A stretch of 49,563 nt of DNA from Acidobacteriota bacterium (GTDB taxonomy: Bacteria; Acidobacteriota; Vicinamibacteria; Vicinamibacterales; JAFNAJ01), in contig JAEUQQ010000397.1 in assembly GCA_016789685.1 (NCBI GenBank), forward strand, positions 1-49,563, in the 5' to 3' direction. Position numbers and translations under genes: made by a program. The first letter of the stretch is position 1. Each line of letters opens with the position of its first letter. Below are positions 26,561-37,459 of this stretch, piece after piece. The notes under the pieces were generated by a model. It was not told where the DNA came from, did not search any database, and saw only the letters and a program-made list of their open reading frames with translations.

Positions 26561-27658
26561 ATGCATCGCGCCATCACCCGCTGCCTCGTGTTGTCGATTG
26601 TCTGCACGGCCGCCAGCCTCGCCACGGCCGTCCCCGCCGCCGCCCAGCCCGCCGCGAAGAACGTGGTCGTCATCACGCTCGACGGTCTCAGGTGGCAGGA
26701 GTTCTTCGCCGGCGCCGACCGCGACTACTTCAAGCGCGACAAGAACGGCAGCGGCGGGCCGGCCGAGCAGCGGTTCTGGCGCGACACACCCGCCGAACGG
26801 CGCAGCGCGCTCATGCCCTTCGTCTGGACGACCATCGCGACCCAGGGCCAGATCGTCGGCGACCCCGCCGCCAACAGCCGCGCGCACCTGACCAACGGCC
26901 TGTGGTTCTCCTATCCCGGCTACAGCGAGCTGCTCGCTGGCGTGGCCGACCCGCGCATCGACAGCAACAACAAGGTGCCCAACCCCAACGTCACCGTCCT
27001 CGAGTGGCTCAACGCGCGCCCCGGGTTCGCCGGTCGCGTCGCCGCCTTCGGCTCGTGGGACGTGCTGCCGTTCATCCTCAATGCCGAACGCAGCAAACTG
27101 CCGGTCGGCACGAGCTATACGCCGTCGCCCAACGCACAAACGCCCCGCGAACGCGCGATCAACGAACTGGCCACCGATCTGCCGCGGTACTGGGAGTACG
27201 GCCCCTTCGACGCTCCCATCGTGTATGCCGCGCTCGAGCACCTGGCAACGAAGCGCCCGCGCGTCCTCTACATCCTGCTCGGCGAAACCGACGAGTGGGC
27301 GCACGAGGGCCGCTACGACCTCTACCTCGACGCGGCCCTGCGCGCCGACCGCTTCATCGAGCGTGTCTGGACCACGTTGCAGTCGATGCCCGACTACGCC
27401 GGGCAGACGGCCCTCGTGATCACGACCGACCACGGCCGTGGCGCGACGACGAAGGACTGGATGGATCACGGCCGCGACGTCCCCGCCGCCGAGCGCACCT
27501 GGATGGCCTTCCTCGGCCCCGGCGTGGCGCCGATGGGGATCCGCACCGGCATGACCGCCACCACATCGCAAGTGGCCGCGACGATTGCCGCGCTCGTGGG
27601 CGAAGACTTCCGCCAGGGCGTGCCGCAGGCGGCGCCGGCGGTGCCGCTCGCCCGCTGA
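26561..27658 (+). CDS. Alkaline-phosphatase-superfamily metalloenzyme (secreted)
   Basis: ORF 26441..27658 trimmed to ATG 26561 (MHRAITRCLVLSIVCTAASLATAVPAAAQP, a signal peptide). Motifs: VVVITLDGLRWQE, GETDEWAH, VITTDHGRG. Confidence 0.75.
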   Translation: MHRAITRCLVLSIVCTAASLATAVPAAAQPAAKNVVVITLDGLRWQEFFAGADRDYFKRDKNGSGGPAEQRFWRDTPAERRSALMPFVWTTIATQGQIVGDPAANSRAHLTNGLWFSYPGYSELLAGVADPRIDSNNKVPNPNVTVLEWLNARPGFAGRVAAFGSWDVLPFILNAERSKLPVGTSYTPSPNAQTPRERAINELATDLPRYWEYGPFDAPIVYAALEHLATKRPRVLYILLGETDEWAHEGRYDLYLDAALRADRFIERVWTTLQSMPDYAGQTALVITTDHGRGATTKDWMDHGRDVPAAERTWMAFLGPGVAPMGIRTGMTATTSQVAATIAALVGEDFRQGVPQAAPAVPLAR

Positions 27659-27740
27659 CGGAGCACACAGGGTTACAATCAGCGCCCCGACACAGCGTCA
27701 CACGCGAACCGGTCGATGACCGGGATCGCCGGAGCGCGCG

Positions 27741-29759
27741 ATGAAACGACTCCTGCTCGCCCTGGCCTGCGGCACGACGGTCGCCGCCGCTGCGCCAGAC
27801 GTCGAATGGCGCCTGTACCTGGCGTCGATTGCCGCCGCCAACGGCGGGCTGCGCACGCACGAGACGTCGGTGACGCGGCGCTGGCTCGACGAGGCGCCAG
27901 TCACGCATCGCGGATGGGAGTGGCGCTACCTCGACCGCCTCGCTGACCTGAGCCTGCGATCGCAGGCGGCCCATGCCGGCGCCATCACGTCGCTCGCCGT
28001 GAGCGCCGACGGCCAGTGGCTGGCCACGAGTTCTCTCGACAAGACGGTGAAGGTCTGGGACGCCCGTTCGGGTGCGCCCGCCGCAACACTCGAGGGCCAC
28101 GGCGCCACCACGTGGACGCCGGCATTCAGGCCGGGCACGACCGAACTCGCCACCTTCGGATCCGACGGCACGGTGCGCGTCTGGTCCTGGCGCGAGGCGC
28201 GCGAAATCCGCCGGTTCGAGCGCGTCGGCAACGGCATGGGCGCGCTTGCGTGGAGTCCAGACGGCGCGCTGCTCGCCGCAGCGTCGTGGACGTTCGTGAA
28301 GGATCGCGGCGTGGTGGGGTGGATTCACGTCTGGGAGGCCGCCACTGGCGCCGTGCGCCTCGAGACCGAATACGGCGTCAAGCCGATCACGACGATTGCG
28401 TTCAGGCCCGACGGCCAGCAGGTTGTTGTCGGGACGTGGGACGGCTGGATCGGAGCGTTCGCGCCCACCGGCGACGGCCGGCCCGCCTTCGAGATCACGC
28501 TGCCCATGGACGACTCGTATCCCGCCCTGCAGGGCGTGGCCTTCTCACCCGACGGCGCGCTGTTCGCCGCCACGGCAAAAGACGGCCTCGCGCGGGTCTA
28601 CCACAGCGCCGATGGACGCCTGGCGCGCACGCTGACCGGGCACGCGCGCTGGGCCAACGCTGCCGCGTTCGGCATCACCGGCGCGTGGGTCGCCACCGCG
28701 TCGAGCGACGAGACCATCCGGCTCTGGGACGCGCGCACCGGCAGGCCACTCCGTGTCCTCCACGGCCACACGGCGTCGGTCAACGCCATCGCGGTCACGC
28801 CTGACGGCACCCGGATGATCAGCGGCGCAGCCGACGGCACCCTGCGGTGGTGGGACGCGGCGCTCGCCGACATCAGCGCGACCACCTGGCGTCACGATGC
28901 CGGCAACGTCTACGGCATCGACATGGCCCCGTCAGGGTCGCGCATCGTGACCGCCGGCTGGGGCGGCCGTCTGACGATGTGGGATGGTGACACCGGTCGG
29001 CAGGTCTGGCAGAAGCCCGTGCACGAGACGTCGGCCAACGCGGTGGCCTTCAGCCCCGACGGCACGCGGCTGATCAGCGGGGGCAACGACGGACGCCTCC
29101 AGGTCACGTCGGCCGCGACGGGCGAGGTCGTCGCGACGTGGGAACACGTCACCGACGGTCGCGCGGCCGGCATCGCGTGGAGCCGCGACGGCCGTTACGT
29201 CTTCGCCCCATCGTCGCGCCCGCACGGCAAGCTGTGGAACGCCGCCACCGGCACCGTGCACCACACGATCACGGGCACGAAGGGAGAGATCTACGACGTC
29301 GCCTTCAGCCCAGACAGCCGCCGGGTGGCCGTCGCGTGGACCAGTGGCGACATCCGCGTCGTGGATGTCGCGACGGGCGCCGACGCGTTTGCGCTCTCGG
29401 GCCACGAGGGTGCGGTGTACGCCGTCGCGTGGCATCCCGACGGCTCGCTGGTCGCCACCGGGGGCGCCGACCGGATGATCCGCGTGTGGGACGCGTCGAC
29501 GGGACGACTGCTCCGCACGATGTCGGGCCACACCGAGCTGGTGTACTCGCTCGACTTCTCGCCAGACGGCCAGCGACTCGTCTCGGCATCGACCGACCAG
29601 ACGGTCAGGCTCTGGGTACCGGCAAGCGGAGACGCCACGCTCACGCTGCCGTTTGCCTCGCAGGTCTACGGGGCGCAGTTCACGAGGGATGGGCGCCGCC
29701 TGGCCGTGTTGCCGATGGACGACACGGTCGTGATGCTCGACGGTTCATCGAAGCGTTGA
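27741..29759 (+). CDS. WD40-repeat protein (about 13 blades), secreted or anchored
   Basis: 672-aa ORF. After an N-terminal GWEWRYL segment it shows iterated H..V.....SPDG..LA(T/S)...D.T(V/I)(K/R)(V/L)WD units. Confidence 0.88.
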   Translation: MKRLLLALACGTTVAAAAPDVEWRLYLASIAAANGGLRTHETSVTRRWLDEAPVTHRGWEWRYLDRLADLSLRSQAAHAGAITSLAVSADGQWLATSSLDKTVKVWDARSGAPAATLEGHGATTWTPAFRPGTTELATFGSDGTVRVWSWREAREIRRFERVGNGMGALAWSPDGALLAAASWTFVKDRGVVGWIHVWEAATGAVRLETEYGVKPITTIAFRPDGQQVVVGTWDGWIGAFAPTGDGRPAFEITLPMDDSYPALQGVAFSPDGALFAATAKDGLARVYHSADGRLARTLTGHARWANAAAFGITGAWVATASSDETIRLWDARTGRPLRVLHGHTASVNAIAVTPDGTRMISGAADGTLRWWDAALADISATTWRHDAGNVYGIDMAPSGSRIVTAGWGGRLTMWDGDTGRQVWQKPVHETSANAVAFSPDGTRLISGGNDGRLQVTSAATGEVVATWEHVTDGRAAGIAWSRDGRYVFAPSSRPHGKLWNAATGTVHHTITGTKGEIYDVAFSPDSRRVAVAWTSGDIRVVDVATGADAFALSGHEGAVYAVAWHPDGSLVATGGADRMIRVWDASTGRLLRTMSGHTELVYSLDFSPDGQRLVSASTDQTVRLWVPASGDATLTLPFASQVYGAQFTRDGRRLAVLPMDDTVVMLDGSSKR

Positions 29760-29828
29760 GCGCACGGGCGAGCCTCGCGCCGATGAGGCGCGCACGCCAC
29801 CGGATGTGCGACTGACGGCGCGCCGTGC

Positions 29829-31007
29829 TCACCGGCTCGCGGCGCGGCGATCCCACTGGTCGGGCACGTCGACGAACGACCGATCGAGGGCGGCCGTCGA
29901 CGCAACGCCGAGCAGCTGCAACGTCCTGACGACATCGCTGCGCAGGATGTCGATGGTGCGGGCAACCCCTTGACCACCCGCCGCGCCGAGCCCGTAGGCG
30001 TAGGCCCGCCCAATCAGCACCGCCCGCGCCCCGAGGCACAGCGCCTTGACGATGTCGCTGCCGCGGCGGATGCCACCATCGAGCAGCACCTCGGTACGAT
30101 CGCCGACGGCCGCAACGACTTCCGGCAGCACGCGAATCGTGGCCGCGACGCCATCGAGCTGGCGTCCCCCGTGGTTCGACACGACGATCGCATCGGCGCC
30201 ACCGTCGATGGCGCGCCGCGCGTCATCGGCGGTGTGCACGCCCTTGACGACGATCCTGCCGCCCCAGGCCTCGCGAATCCAGGCCAGGTCGTCCCACGAC
30301 GTCATCGACTGCGCGAGCATCGCCCCGACGTCGGCGTAGGGCATGGGCCCGCTGGGGAGCATCACGTTGGGGAAACTCATCAGGCCGCCGTCGCGCAGGT
30401 AGCTGGCAAACCACCGCGGCCGCACGAAGAACTGCCAGACGTGCGGGAACATCGTCACGGGATTGCCCGAGAGGAGTTCCCGGGTGCCGTTGCGCAGGTC
30501 GCGTTCACGCATGCCGGCCACGGGCGTGTCGATCGTGACCACGAGCGCCGAGCATCCCGCCGCACGTGCACGCGAGATCGCCGCGAGGGCGACGTCGCGG
30601 CCGCCGACCAGGTACAGCTGGTACCAGACGGGACCAGGCGTGGCCGCCTTCACGTCGGCGACGCGGCATCCCGACAACGTCGAGAGGATGTACGTCGTGC
30701 CCGCGTCGCCGGCGGCGCGGGCCGCCACCTCTTCGCCGCGCGGGTAGAACATCCGGCTGCTGCCGACCGGCGCCAGCAGGAACGGCAGCGCCCCGGTCGT
30801 CCCGAGCACCGTGGTGCGCAGGTCGCACTGCGACGTGGCGACCGCCGAACGCGGCCGCAGGGCGACATCGTCGAAGGCGCGGCAGTTCTCGCGGAGCGTC
30901 ACTTCTGCGTCGGCGCCGCCGTCGATGTAGTCGAACACCACGCGAGGCAGCCGCCGTTTCGCGGCGAGGCGGAGGTCGTCGATGTTGACGTGGGTCACGC
31001 GCAGCAT
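29829..31007 (-). CDS. FMN-dependent alpha-hydroxy acid dehydrogenase/oxidase (L-lactate dehydrogenase / glycolate oxidase family)
   Basis: 392-aa ORF with FDYIDGGA, WYQLY, VVTIDTPV, VKGV, VSNHGGRQLD, DGGIRRGSDIVKALCLGA. Confidence 0.9.
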   Translation of the reverse strand: MLRVTHVNIDDLRLAAKRRLPRVVFDYIDGGADAEVTLRENCRAFDDVALRPRSAVATSQCDLRTTVLGTTGALPFLLAPVGSSRMFYPRGEEVAARAAGDAGTTYILSTLSGCRVADVKAATPGPVWYQLYLVGGRDVALAAISRARAAGCSALVVTIDTPVAGMRERDLRNGTRELLSGNPVTMFPHVWQFFVRPRWFASYLRDGGLMSFPNVMLPSGPMPYADVGAMLAQSMTSWDDLAWIREAWGGRIVVKGVHTADDARRAIDGGADAIVVSNHGGRQLDGVAATIRVLPEVVAAVGDRTEVLLDGGIRRGSDIVKALCLGARAVLIGRAYAYGLGAAGGQGVARTIDILRSDVVRTLQLLGVASTAALDRSFVDVPDQWDRRAASR

Positions 31008-31125
31008 CCTACACCTGCTGTTTGCGGCCGCACAGTCCGCACACGGTTCACCGGCTCGCCGAACGCGCTATCATTGAGCCCGCATCCAGTGGGTCGCCCC
31101 CACCCACGGGCCGGAGAGGTGACTC

Positions 31126-33828
31126 GTGGCGCCCTGCACTCGCATGCTGGCGATAACAGCACTCTTACTCGCGTCATGGAGTGCAGGCGAGGCCTGGGCC
31201 CAACCGGCGCCACTCGTCTCGCGCGAGGTCGTGACTGGCTTCACCCGGCCGGTGGCGTTCATCCAGGACCCTTCGAACCCGCGCGTCCAGTACGTGGTCG
31301 AACAGGGTGGCCGCATCCGCGTCCTGCTCGACGGCGCCCTCCACGACACTGACTTCCTCGACCTGACCGGGATCGTCTCGACTGGCTTCGAGCAGGGCCT
31401 GCTCGGGCTCGCGATGCCTGCCGACTACGGCACCTCGGGGCGCGCCTACGTGAACTTCACCGACGCCGGCGGCAACACCGTCGTGGCCAGGTTCCTCAGG
31501 TCGTCGACGAATCCACTCGCCGCCGATCCCGGGTCGCGGTTCGACTTCCGCTGGCCAGGTGGCAACGCCTTCATCACACAGCCCGCAGACACGCACAACG
31601 GCGGCACGATGCGGTTCGGCCCCGACGGCGCGCTCTACATCGGAATGGGTGACGGTGGCGGATCGAACGATGCGCAGCACAACGCGCAGAATCCCGCCTC
31701 GCTGCTCGGCAAGATGCTGCGCCTCGACGAACACGTCTTCCCGAACGACCCCAACGGATACTTCGCGCCGATCGACAACCCGTTTCCCAACGGCAACGCG
31801 CCGGCGGCCCTCGACGAGATCTGGGCATTCGGGCTCCGCAATCCGTGGAAGTTCTCGTTCGACGACCCTCGGCTCGGCGGCACGGGCGCACTCGTCATCG
31901 GCGACGTCGGCCAGGGCGCGCGCGAAGAGATCGACTACGAGCCTGCTGGTGCCGGAGGACGCAACTACGGATGGCGATTGCGCGAAGGCACGATCGCAGG
32001 TGAAGCAGGCGTCACGCCACCGGCCGCATTCACACCGCTCGTGGAACCACTGCTCGACTACCCGCACTCGGTCGGCCTGTCAGTGGTCGGCGGTGTCGTC
32101 TACCGTGGCACGCTGCTCGACCCGTTCTACGTCGGACGCTATTTCTACGGTGACTTCGCGACGGGCAAGGTGTTCTCGGCGGCGCTGACGGTCGACGCGC
32201 AGACGGGCGAGGCCACGGCGACCGACATCCGCGAACACACGGCTGAACTCGGCGGCGCGACCGCGCTCGGGAGCATCAGCGCGATCGAGACCGACTCGTT
32301 CGGCGAGATGTACATCGTCAGCTACAACGGGTGGATCGTCCGCATCGAGTCGTCGCTCGTCGATGGCGATGCCGACACGTTGCCCGACTGGTGGGAACGC
32401 CGCTACGGGCTCGACGCGACAGTGGCGGCGGGTGCCGACGGCGCGGGCGGAGATCCCGATGCCGACGGCGTCGTCAACGCCGACGAGTACGCGCGCGGCG
32501 GACACCCGCGGGGTTTCCACAAGCGCTACCTGGCCGAGGGGGCGACCAGCTCGTTCTTCGACGTCTCGGTCAACATGGTCAACCCCGGCCCACAGCGCGC
32601 CTTCGCCGCCGTGCAGTTCCTCGACAGCAGCGGCGCGGTCATCAGCCAGTCGTACCCGATGCCGACGAAACGCCGGCTGTCGGTGAATCCCAAGGGCCAG
32701 CCCACGCTCGACACGGCGGAGTTCTCGACCGTCGTCGAATCGGATCAACCCCTGGTCGTCTCGCGCTCGATGCGATGGGACGCGGCCACGCGCTACGGCT
32801 CGCACGCGGAGCAGGCCGTGAACGCGCCGTCGCGTGAGTGGTTCCTCGCCGAGGGCGCCACGCATTCGGGTTTCAACCTCTTCTACCTCCTGCAGAATCC
32901 CAACACGCTGCCGACCGACGTCGAAGTGCGCTACCTGCGACCGTCGCCACTGCCGCCCATCACCAGGCGCTACACGGTGGGGCCCACGTCGCGGACCACG
33001 ATCTGGGTCAACCTCGAAGACCCGGGCCTGGCCAGCACCGACGTGTCGGCTGCCATCGCGACGCTCGACGGCCAGGGCATCGTCGTCGAGCGCGCGCTCT
33101 ACCTCGACGCGGGCGGCGTCACCTTCGGCGCCGGGCACGACGGAGCCGGCGTCACCGCCCCGGCCCTCGAGTGGTTCCTCGCCGAGGGCGCCACGGGCGA
33201 CTACGTCGATCTCTTCGTCCTGATTGCCAACCCGAATGCGTCGGCCGCCGACGTGGAATGCCGGTTCCTGCTCCCGTCGGGACAGGTCATCACCCGCACC
33301 TTCACCGTCGCCGGCCAGAGCCGGCAGAACGTGTGGGTCGACAGCGATCCCGAACTGGCCGCGACCGACGTCTCGACCGTGGTGCGATCGACCAACGGCG
33401 TCCCCATCGTGGTCGAACGGGCGATCTGGTGGCCCGGCACGTTCGACACGTGGCACGAAGGCCACGTCTCGGCCGGGACGACCGTCACGGCGTCGCGCTG
33501 GGCCCTGGCCGAAGGCGCGTCGCAGGTCCCCGAGCAGAGCGACACGTACATCCTCTTCGCCAACGTCGGCACCCAGAGCGACGTGGTCTCGGTCGAGCTG
33601 CTCTTCGAGGATCGGCCGCCAGCCGTCCAGACCTTTGAAATGCCGGCGAACTCGCGGTTCACGCTCCACGTGGTCGACTACTTCCCCGAGGCGGTGCACC
33701 ACCGCTACGGGGCGATCGTCTCGAGTACACGCGGGCAGCCCATCGTCGTGGAATCGGCGATCTACTCCGATGCGCCTGGCGTGCGCTGGGCCGCGGGTGC
33801 CAACCTGCTGGCGACACCCCTCCCCTGA
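31126..33828 (+). CDS. PQQ-dependent sugar dehydrogenase (GSDH-like beta-propeller) fused to a Ca-binding-like linker and four copies of a roughly 110-aa repeat
   Basis: 900-aa ORF with a GTG start preceded by GGAGAGG, and a signal peptide. GSDH blocks: EQGLLGLA, HNGGTMRFGPDGALYIGMGDGG, GLRNPWKFSFD, DVGQGAREEID, NYGW. A DGDADTLPDWWE...DPDADGVVNADEY linker follows, then four LAEGAT-initiated repeats. Confidence 0.85.
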   Translation: MAPCTRMLAITALLLASWSAGEAWAQPAPLVSREVVTGFTRPVAFIQDPSNPRVQYVVEQGGRIRVLLDGALHDTDFLDLTGIVSTGFEQGLLGLAMPADYGTSGRAYVNFTDAGGNTVVARFLRSSTNPLAADPGSRFDFRWPGGNAFITQPADTHNGGTMRFGPDGALYIGMGDGGGSNDAQHNAQNPASLLGKMLRLDEHVFPNDPNGYFAPIDNPFPNGNAPAALDEIWAFGLRNPWKFSFDDPRLGGTGALVIGDVGQGAREEIDYEPAGAGGRNYGWRLREGTIAGEAGVTPPAAFTPLVEPLLDYPHSVGLSVVGGVVYRGTLLDPFYVGRYFYGDFATGKVFSAALTVDAQTGEATATDIREHTAELGGATALGSISAIETDSFGEMYIVSYNGWIVRIESSLVDGDADTLPDWWERRYGLDATVAAGADGAGGDPDADGVVNADEYARGGHPRGFHKRYLAEGATSSFFDVSVNMVNPGPQRAFAAVQFLDSSGAVISQSYPMPTKRRLSVNPKGQPTLDTAEFSTVVESDQPLVVSRSMRWDAATRYGSHAEQAVNAPSREWFLAEGATHSGFNLFYLLQNPNTLPTDVEVRYLRPSPLPPITRRYTVGPTSRTTIWVNLEDPGLASTDVSAAIATLDGQGIVVERALYLDAGGVTFGAGHDGAGVTAPALEWFLAEGATGDYVDLFVLIANPNASAADVECRFLLPSGQVITRTFTVAGQSRQNVWVDSDPELAATDVSTVVRSTNGVPIVVERAIWWPGTFDTWHEGHVSAGTTVTASRWALAEGASQVPEQSDTYILFANVGTQSDVVSVELLFEDRPPAVQTFEMPANSRFTLHVVDYFPEAVHHRYGAIVSSTRGQPIVVESAIYSDAPGVRWAAGANLLATPLP

Positions 33829-33966
33829 GGTCGCCGCTCGCCTGCAACGGCGCCGGTTACAGATGAGGCGCCATCGCAGGCAATACGGCCGAGCTGACCG
33901 GATGCATGAGGGGCGAAAACCCTCGCCGGGGGTGCGGTCCGACGCACGTCGGCCGATACTCATGAC

Positions 33967-36678
33967 ATGTCGATCCATGCCAGGCCGAGTGCCGAGCGCC
34001 GCTGGCGGCTGCCCGCGACGACCCTCGGCATCTCGCTGGCCGTCACGCTCCTGGCCTGGATCGTCGTCGATCGGCAGGTCGAGCGCTCAGAAGCCGCCAG
34101 GTTCGAGCGCCTGACCGATCGCGTGGTCACACGCGTCGCCGACAGTTTCGACATCGCCGACCGCGCCGTACGCAGCGGCCAGATCCTCCTCAGGCAACGC
34201 ACCACGGTTTCGTTCGCCGACTGGCGGCACTTCGTCGAAGCGACGATGCCGTACTTCCACCCCGGCATGGTCGGCATCGGCTACGTCGAGCGCATCGGGC
34301 GCGACGAGACCGACGCGCTCGAACAGCGGCTGCGGGCAGAAGGAGCCAGCGACGTCCGCGTGCAACGCCTCGGGTCGAACCCGCAGCGCTTCGTGGTGAC
34401 GCGCATCGAACCCGAGCGCCGGAACGCCGGGGTGCTCGGTCTCGACGTCGGCTCAGGCACCACGCGGCGCGGCGCGGCCGAACAGGCCATGCTGACCGGG
34501 CACGCTGTGCTCTCGCACCGCACCAGTGTCATCGAAGGCGGCAAGGAGTACCCGGGCTTCTTCCTGTTTGCGCCTGTCTACCGGCACGGCGCGCCCGTCG
34601 AGACGCCCGATCAACGCACGTCGGCCCTGCACGGCTGGGTGTACGTCTCGCTGCGCATCGACGAACTGCTCGAGGGACTCGACGAGGCGACCGCGCGCCA
34701 GATCGCCTTCACGGTCTCTGAAGACGAACGACCGGCGGGCACGCCGCCGTTCTACCGCCTCGCGGGCACGCCGTCACGCGGCCAGGGGCGAACACTCGCG
34801 CGCGAACTCGCGCTGCACGGGCGCAACTGGCGCTTCGACTTCGCGGCCCGGCCGGCGTTCCGCACGTTTGCCGACCGCTCGCTGCCGCTCGTGGTGCTCG
34901 CCGCCGGGCTCATCGCCTCGGTGCTCGCCACGCTCCTCGCGCTGGCGCTGCTCAACGCCCGCCGCCGCGCCGAGGGCCTGGCCGAGCGGATGACGGCGCA
35001 GCTGATCGAGTCGAACGCACAACTCGAAGACGCGGCCGCGACCGCCAGCCGTCTGGCGCTCGAAGCCACGCGCGCCAACGAGGCCAAGAGCCGCTTCCTC
35101 GCGATGATGAGCCACGAGCTGCGCACGCCGATGAACGGGGTGGTCGGCATGACCAGCCTGCTCCTCGACTCGCCGCTGTCGGCCGACCAGCGCGAACTGA
35201 CCGAGACCATCCGGACCAGCGGCAACGCGCTGCTGACGATCATCAACGACATCCTCGACTTCTCGAAGATCGAGTCCGGGCACCTCGAGCTCGACGACCT
35301 GCCGTTCGACGTCCGCGCGTGCGTCGAGGGCGCGCTCGACGTCTGCGCGCCCCGGGCCTTCGAGAAGGGCATCGGGCTGCACTACGACATCACCCCCGAG
35401 GTGCCTCGCCTCGTCTCGGGCGACGCCATCAGGCTGCGCCAGGTGCTCATCAACCTCCTCGGCAACGCGATCAAGTTCACCGAGCGCGGCGAGGTGGTGA
35501 TCCGGGTGCGCGGCCACGCGGGCGAGGGTGTGCACGACCAGCTGTCGTTCTCGGTCTCAGACACGGGGCCGGGCATTGCGGCCGGGCACCTCGAGCACTT
35601 GTTCGAGTCGTTCAACCAGCTCGACGCGACGGTGGCTCGCCGCTTCGGGGGCACGGGCCTCGGGCTGGCCATCAGCCAGCGACTCGTCACCGCCATGGGC
35701 GGCAGCATCGGCGTCGAGAGCGCTCGCGGCGCGGGATCGACGTTCTCGTTCACGGTACGGGCCCCGGCACTGGAGGCCGCCGTGGATCCGGCCGAGGTCG
35801 CGGCCATCCAGGCGCTCGCCGGCCGGCGCGTTGCCGTCGTGAGCCCGCACGCGACGGCACGGCGCATCATCGCCGACACGCTTGCCGCGTGGTCGGTGAC
35901 GTGCATCACTGCCGACAGCACCGACGCCGCGCTCGGCGCGGTGAGCGGCCGGGCGGGCATCGACGCCGTCGTGTTCGACCTGGCCGCGCTCGACGAGACC
36001 ACGATCGCATCGGCGCGCGCGCTCGCCACGGCGCCTGGCACGCCGGTCCGCGTCATCGCCCTCGCGCCGCCGGGCGCGACACAGGTCGGCGATCCGTTCA
36101 CCATGGCGGTGACCAAGCCGGCCAGGCCGCACGCCCTGCTCCACGCGCTTGCACGTGCGATCCAGGATCATGTGCCGGCGGTGCCCGCCAGTTCTTTGAT
36201 CGTGGCTGCAGGGCAACTCGCTGCGGGCGCACCGGCCGGGGCCGCCGAGGCCAGACGCGCACCCGAGCGCATCCTGCTCGCCGAAGACAACCTGGTGAAC
36301 CAGCGCGTGGCGACGCTCATGCTGCGGAAGCTCGGCTGCCCGGCAGACATCGCCAACGACGGCGCCGAGGCCCTCGCAGCCGTCGAGCGCGAGTCGTACG
36401 ACATCATCCTGCTCGACGTGCAGATGCCCGAGGTCGATGGCCTCGAGGTCGCACGACGCCTCGTGGCCGCCCGCCCGGTGCCCGGCGAGCGGCCGTGGAT
36501 GATCGCCTGCACCGCCAACGCGATGCCGGGCGACCGCGAGGCCTGCCTCGACGCCGGCATGGACGACTTCATCACCAAGCCGATCCAGCGCGGCGATCTC
36601 GAAGCGGCCCTCGATCGCGCCCGTCGAGGCATCGCCGCGAGAACCACGGCCACGCGTCCTGCATCGCCCGCGGCGTGA
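33967..36678 (+). CDS. CHASE-domain hybrid sensor histidine kinase (CHASE, TM, HisKA, HATPase_c, degenerate receiver, receiver)
   Basis: 903-aa ORF. The periplasmic CHASE-like region has GIGYVERI and [10 protein letters not shown]. The H-box is [16 protein letters not shown], the N/G boxes are [16 protein letters not shown] and GTGLGL, and the final receiver is [11 protein letters not shown]...[13 protein letters not shown]...ITKP. Confidence 0.9.
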   Translation: MSIHARPSAERRWRLPATTLGISLAVTLLAWIVVDRQVERSEAARFERLTDRVVTRVADSFDIADRAVRSGQILLRQRTTVSFADWRHFVEATMPYFHPGMVGIGYVERIGRDETDALEQRLRAEGASDVRVQRLGSNPQRFVVTRIEPERRNAGVLGLDVGSGTTRRGAAEQAMLTGHAVLSHRTSVIEGGKEYPGFFLFAPVYRHGAPVETPDQRTSALHGWVYVSLRIDELLEGLDEATARQIAFTVSEDERPAGTPPFYRLAGTPSRGQGRTLARELALHGRNWRFDFAARPAFRTFADRSLPLVVLAAGLIASVLATLLALALLNARRRAEGLAERMTAQLIESNAQLEDAAATASRLALEATRANEAKSRFLAMMSHELRTPMNGVVGMTSLLLDSPLSADQRELTETIRTSGNALLTIINDILDFSKIESGHLELDDLPFDVRACVEGALDVCAPRAFEKGIGLHYDITPEVPRLVSGDAIRLRQVLINLLGNAIKFTERGEVVIRVRGHAGEGVHDQLSFSVSDTGPGIAAGHLEHLFESFNQLDATVARRFGGTGLGLAISQRLVTAMGGSIGVESARGAGSTFSFTVRAPALEAAVDPAEVAAIQALAGRRVAVVSPHATARRIIADTLAAWSVTCITADSTDAALGAVSGRAGIDAVVFDLAALDETTIASARALATAPGTPVRVIALAPPGATQVGDPFTMAVTKPARPHALLHALARAIQDHVPAVPASSLIVAAGQLAAGAPAGAAEARRAPERILLAEDNLVNQRVATLMLRKLGCPADIANDGAEALAAVERESYDIILLDVQMPEVDGLEVARRLVAARPVPGERPWMIACTANAMPGDREACLDAGMDDFITKPIQRGDLEAALDRARRGIAARTTATRPASPAA

Positions 36679-36781
36679 CGTCGCTTGCGAGGGGCGAGTG
36701 GCTGGCGCAAGCGGGCTGCGCGGCGCTATGCTCGCCACAGCCACAGACCAGCGGCGATCCGGCCGCGTCCAGGAGGTGTTC

Positions 36782-37165
36782 ATGCATCCACTGCTCGCCC
36801 CCATGACGGGAACCGAACGCCGTGACGTGGGCGGCGCCCAGGTCGATGTCGTCCGCACCGGATCCGCGCGCGTGCGGCGCATCATCTACCCGGCTGGGTT
36901 CCGATGGTCGCACCACGTCAAGCCCCTGGGAAACGCCGACGCGTGCGTGCACGCGCACGTCGGTTTCCTTGCGCAGGGCCGCATCCAGGGCACCTACACC
37001 GACGGCTGCACATTCGAGTACACGGCGCCGCAGGTCATGGTCATCGAGCCCGGGCACGACGCCTGGGTCGTCGGCGACGAACCGGCCGTGCTGATCGAGT
37101 TCGATTTCGAGCGCGACACCATCGCCACGCTCGGCCTTCGCGGACGGCACGAGCACGGCGCCTAG
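36782..37165 (+). CDS. Cupin-domain protein
   Basis: ORF 36698..37165 trimmed to ATG 36782. The product is small and beta-rich, with the His-containing segment HAHVGFLAQGRIQG...VIEPGHDAWVVGDEP. The family call is tentative. Confidence 0.6.
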   Translation: MHPLLAPMTGTERRDVGGAQVDVVRTGSARVRRIIYPAGFRWSHHVKPLGNADACVHAHVGFLAQGRIQGTYTDGCTFEYTAPQVMVIEPGHDAWVVGDEPAVLIEFDFERDTIATLGLRGRHEHGA

Positions 37166-37181
37166 GCGCACCACCGGCACG

Positions 37182-37454
37182 ATGGCACACACGATCCAGA
37201 TCGAACGGGAGTCGGACACGAGCTTCCGCGTCACGGTGGATGATGGGCGCGGCACCAGCACGCACATCGTGTCGGTGATGCCGAGCGACGTCGAGCACTA
37301 CGCGCCGGGATGGACGCCCGAGGAACTGCTCGAGGCGTCGTTTGCCTTCCTGCTCGCACGCGAGCCCAGGGAGTCGATCCTGTCGCGCTTCGACCTGCCG
37401 GTGATCGAACACTACTTCCCCGACTTCGGCCGCGCCCTCAGGGGACGGCGCTGA
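37182..37454 (+). CDS. Conserved hypothetical small protein (90 aa)
   Basis: Clean ORF, tightly spaced between neighbours (16 nt and 5 nt gaps). The FLLAREPRESILSRFDLPVIEHYFPDF segment looks like a conserved family of unknown function. Confidence 0.6.
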   Translation: MAHTIQIERESDTSFRVTVDDGRGTSTHIVSVMPSDVEHYAPGWTPEELLEASFAFLLAREPRESILSRFDLPVIEHYFPDFGRALRGRR

Positions 37455-37459
37455 CGGCC

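Noticed and set aside
27741-29759. WD40 protein as part of an STAND/NACHT-type or kinase-fused conflict system
   Set aside because: No NTPase, kinase or effector domain is fused or adjacent. The N-terminus looks like a signal/anchor plus a short GWEWRYL region only.
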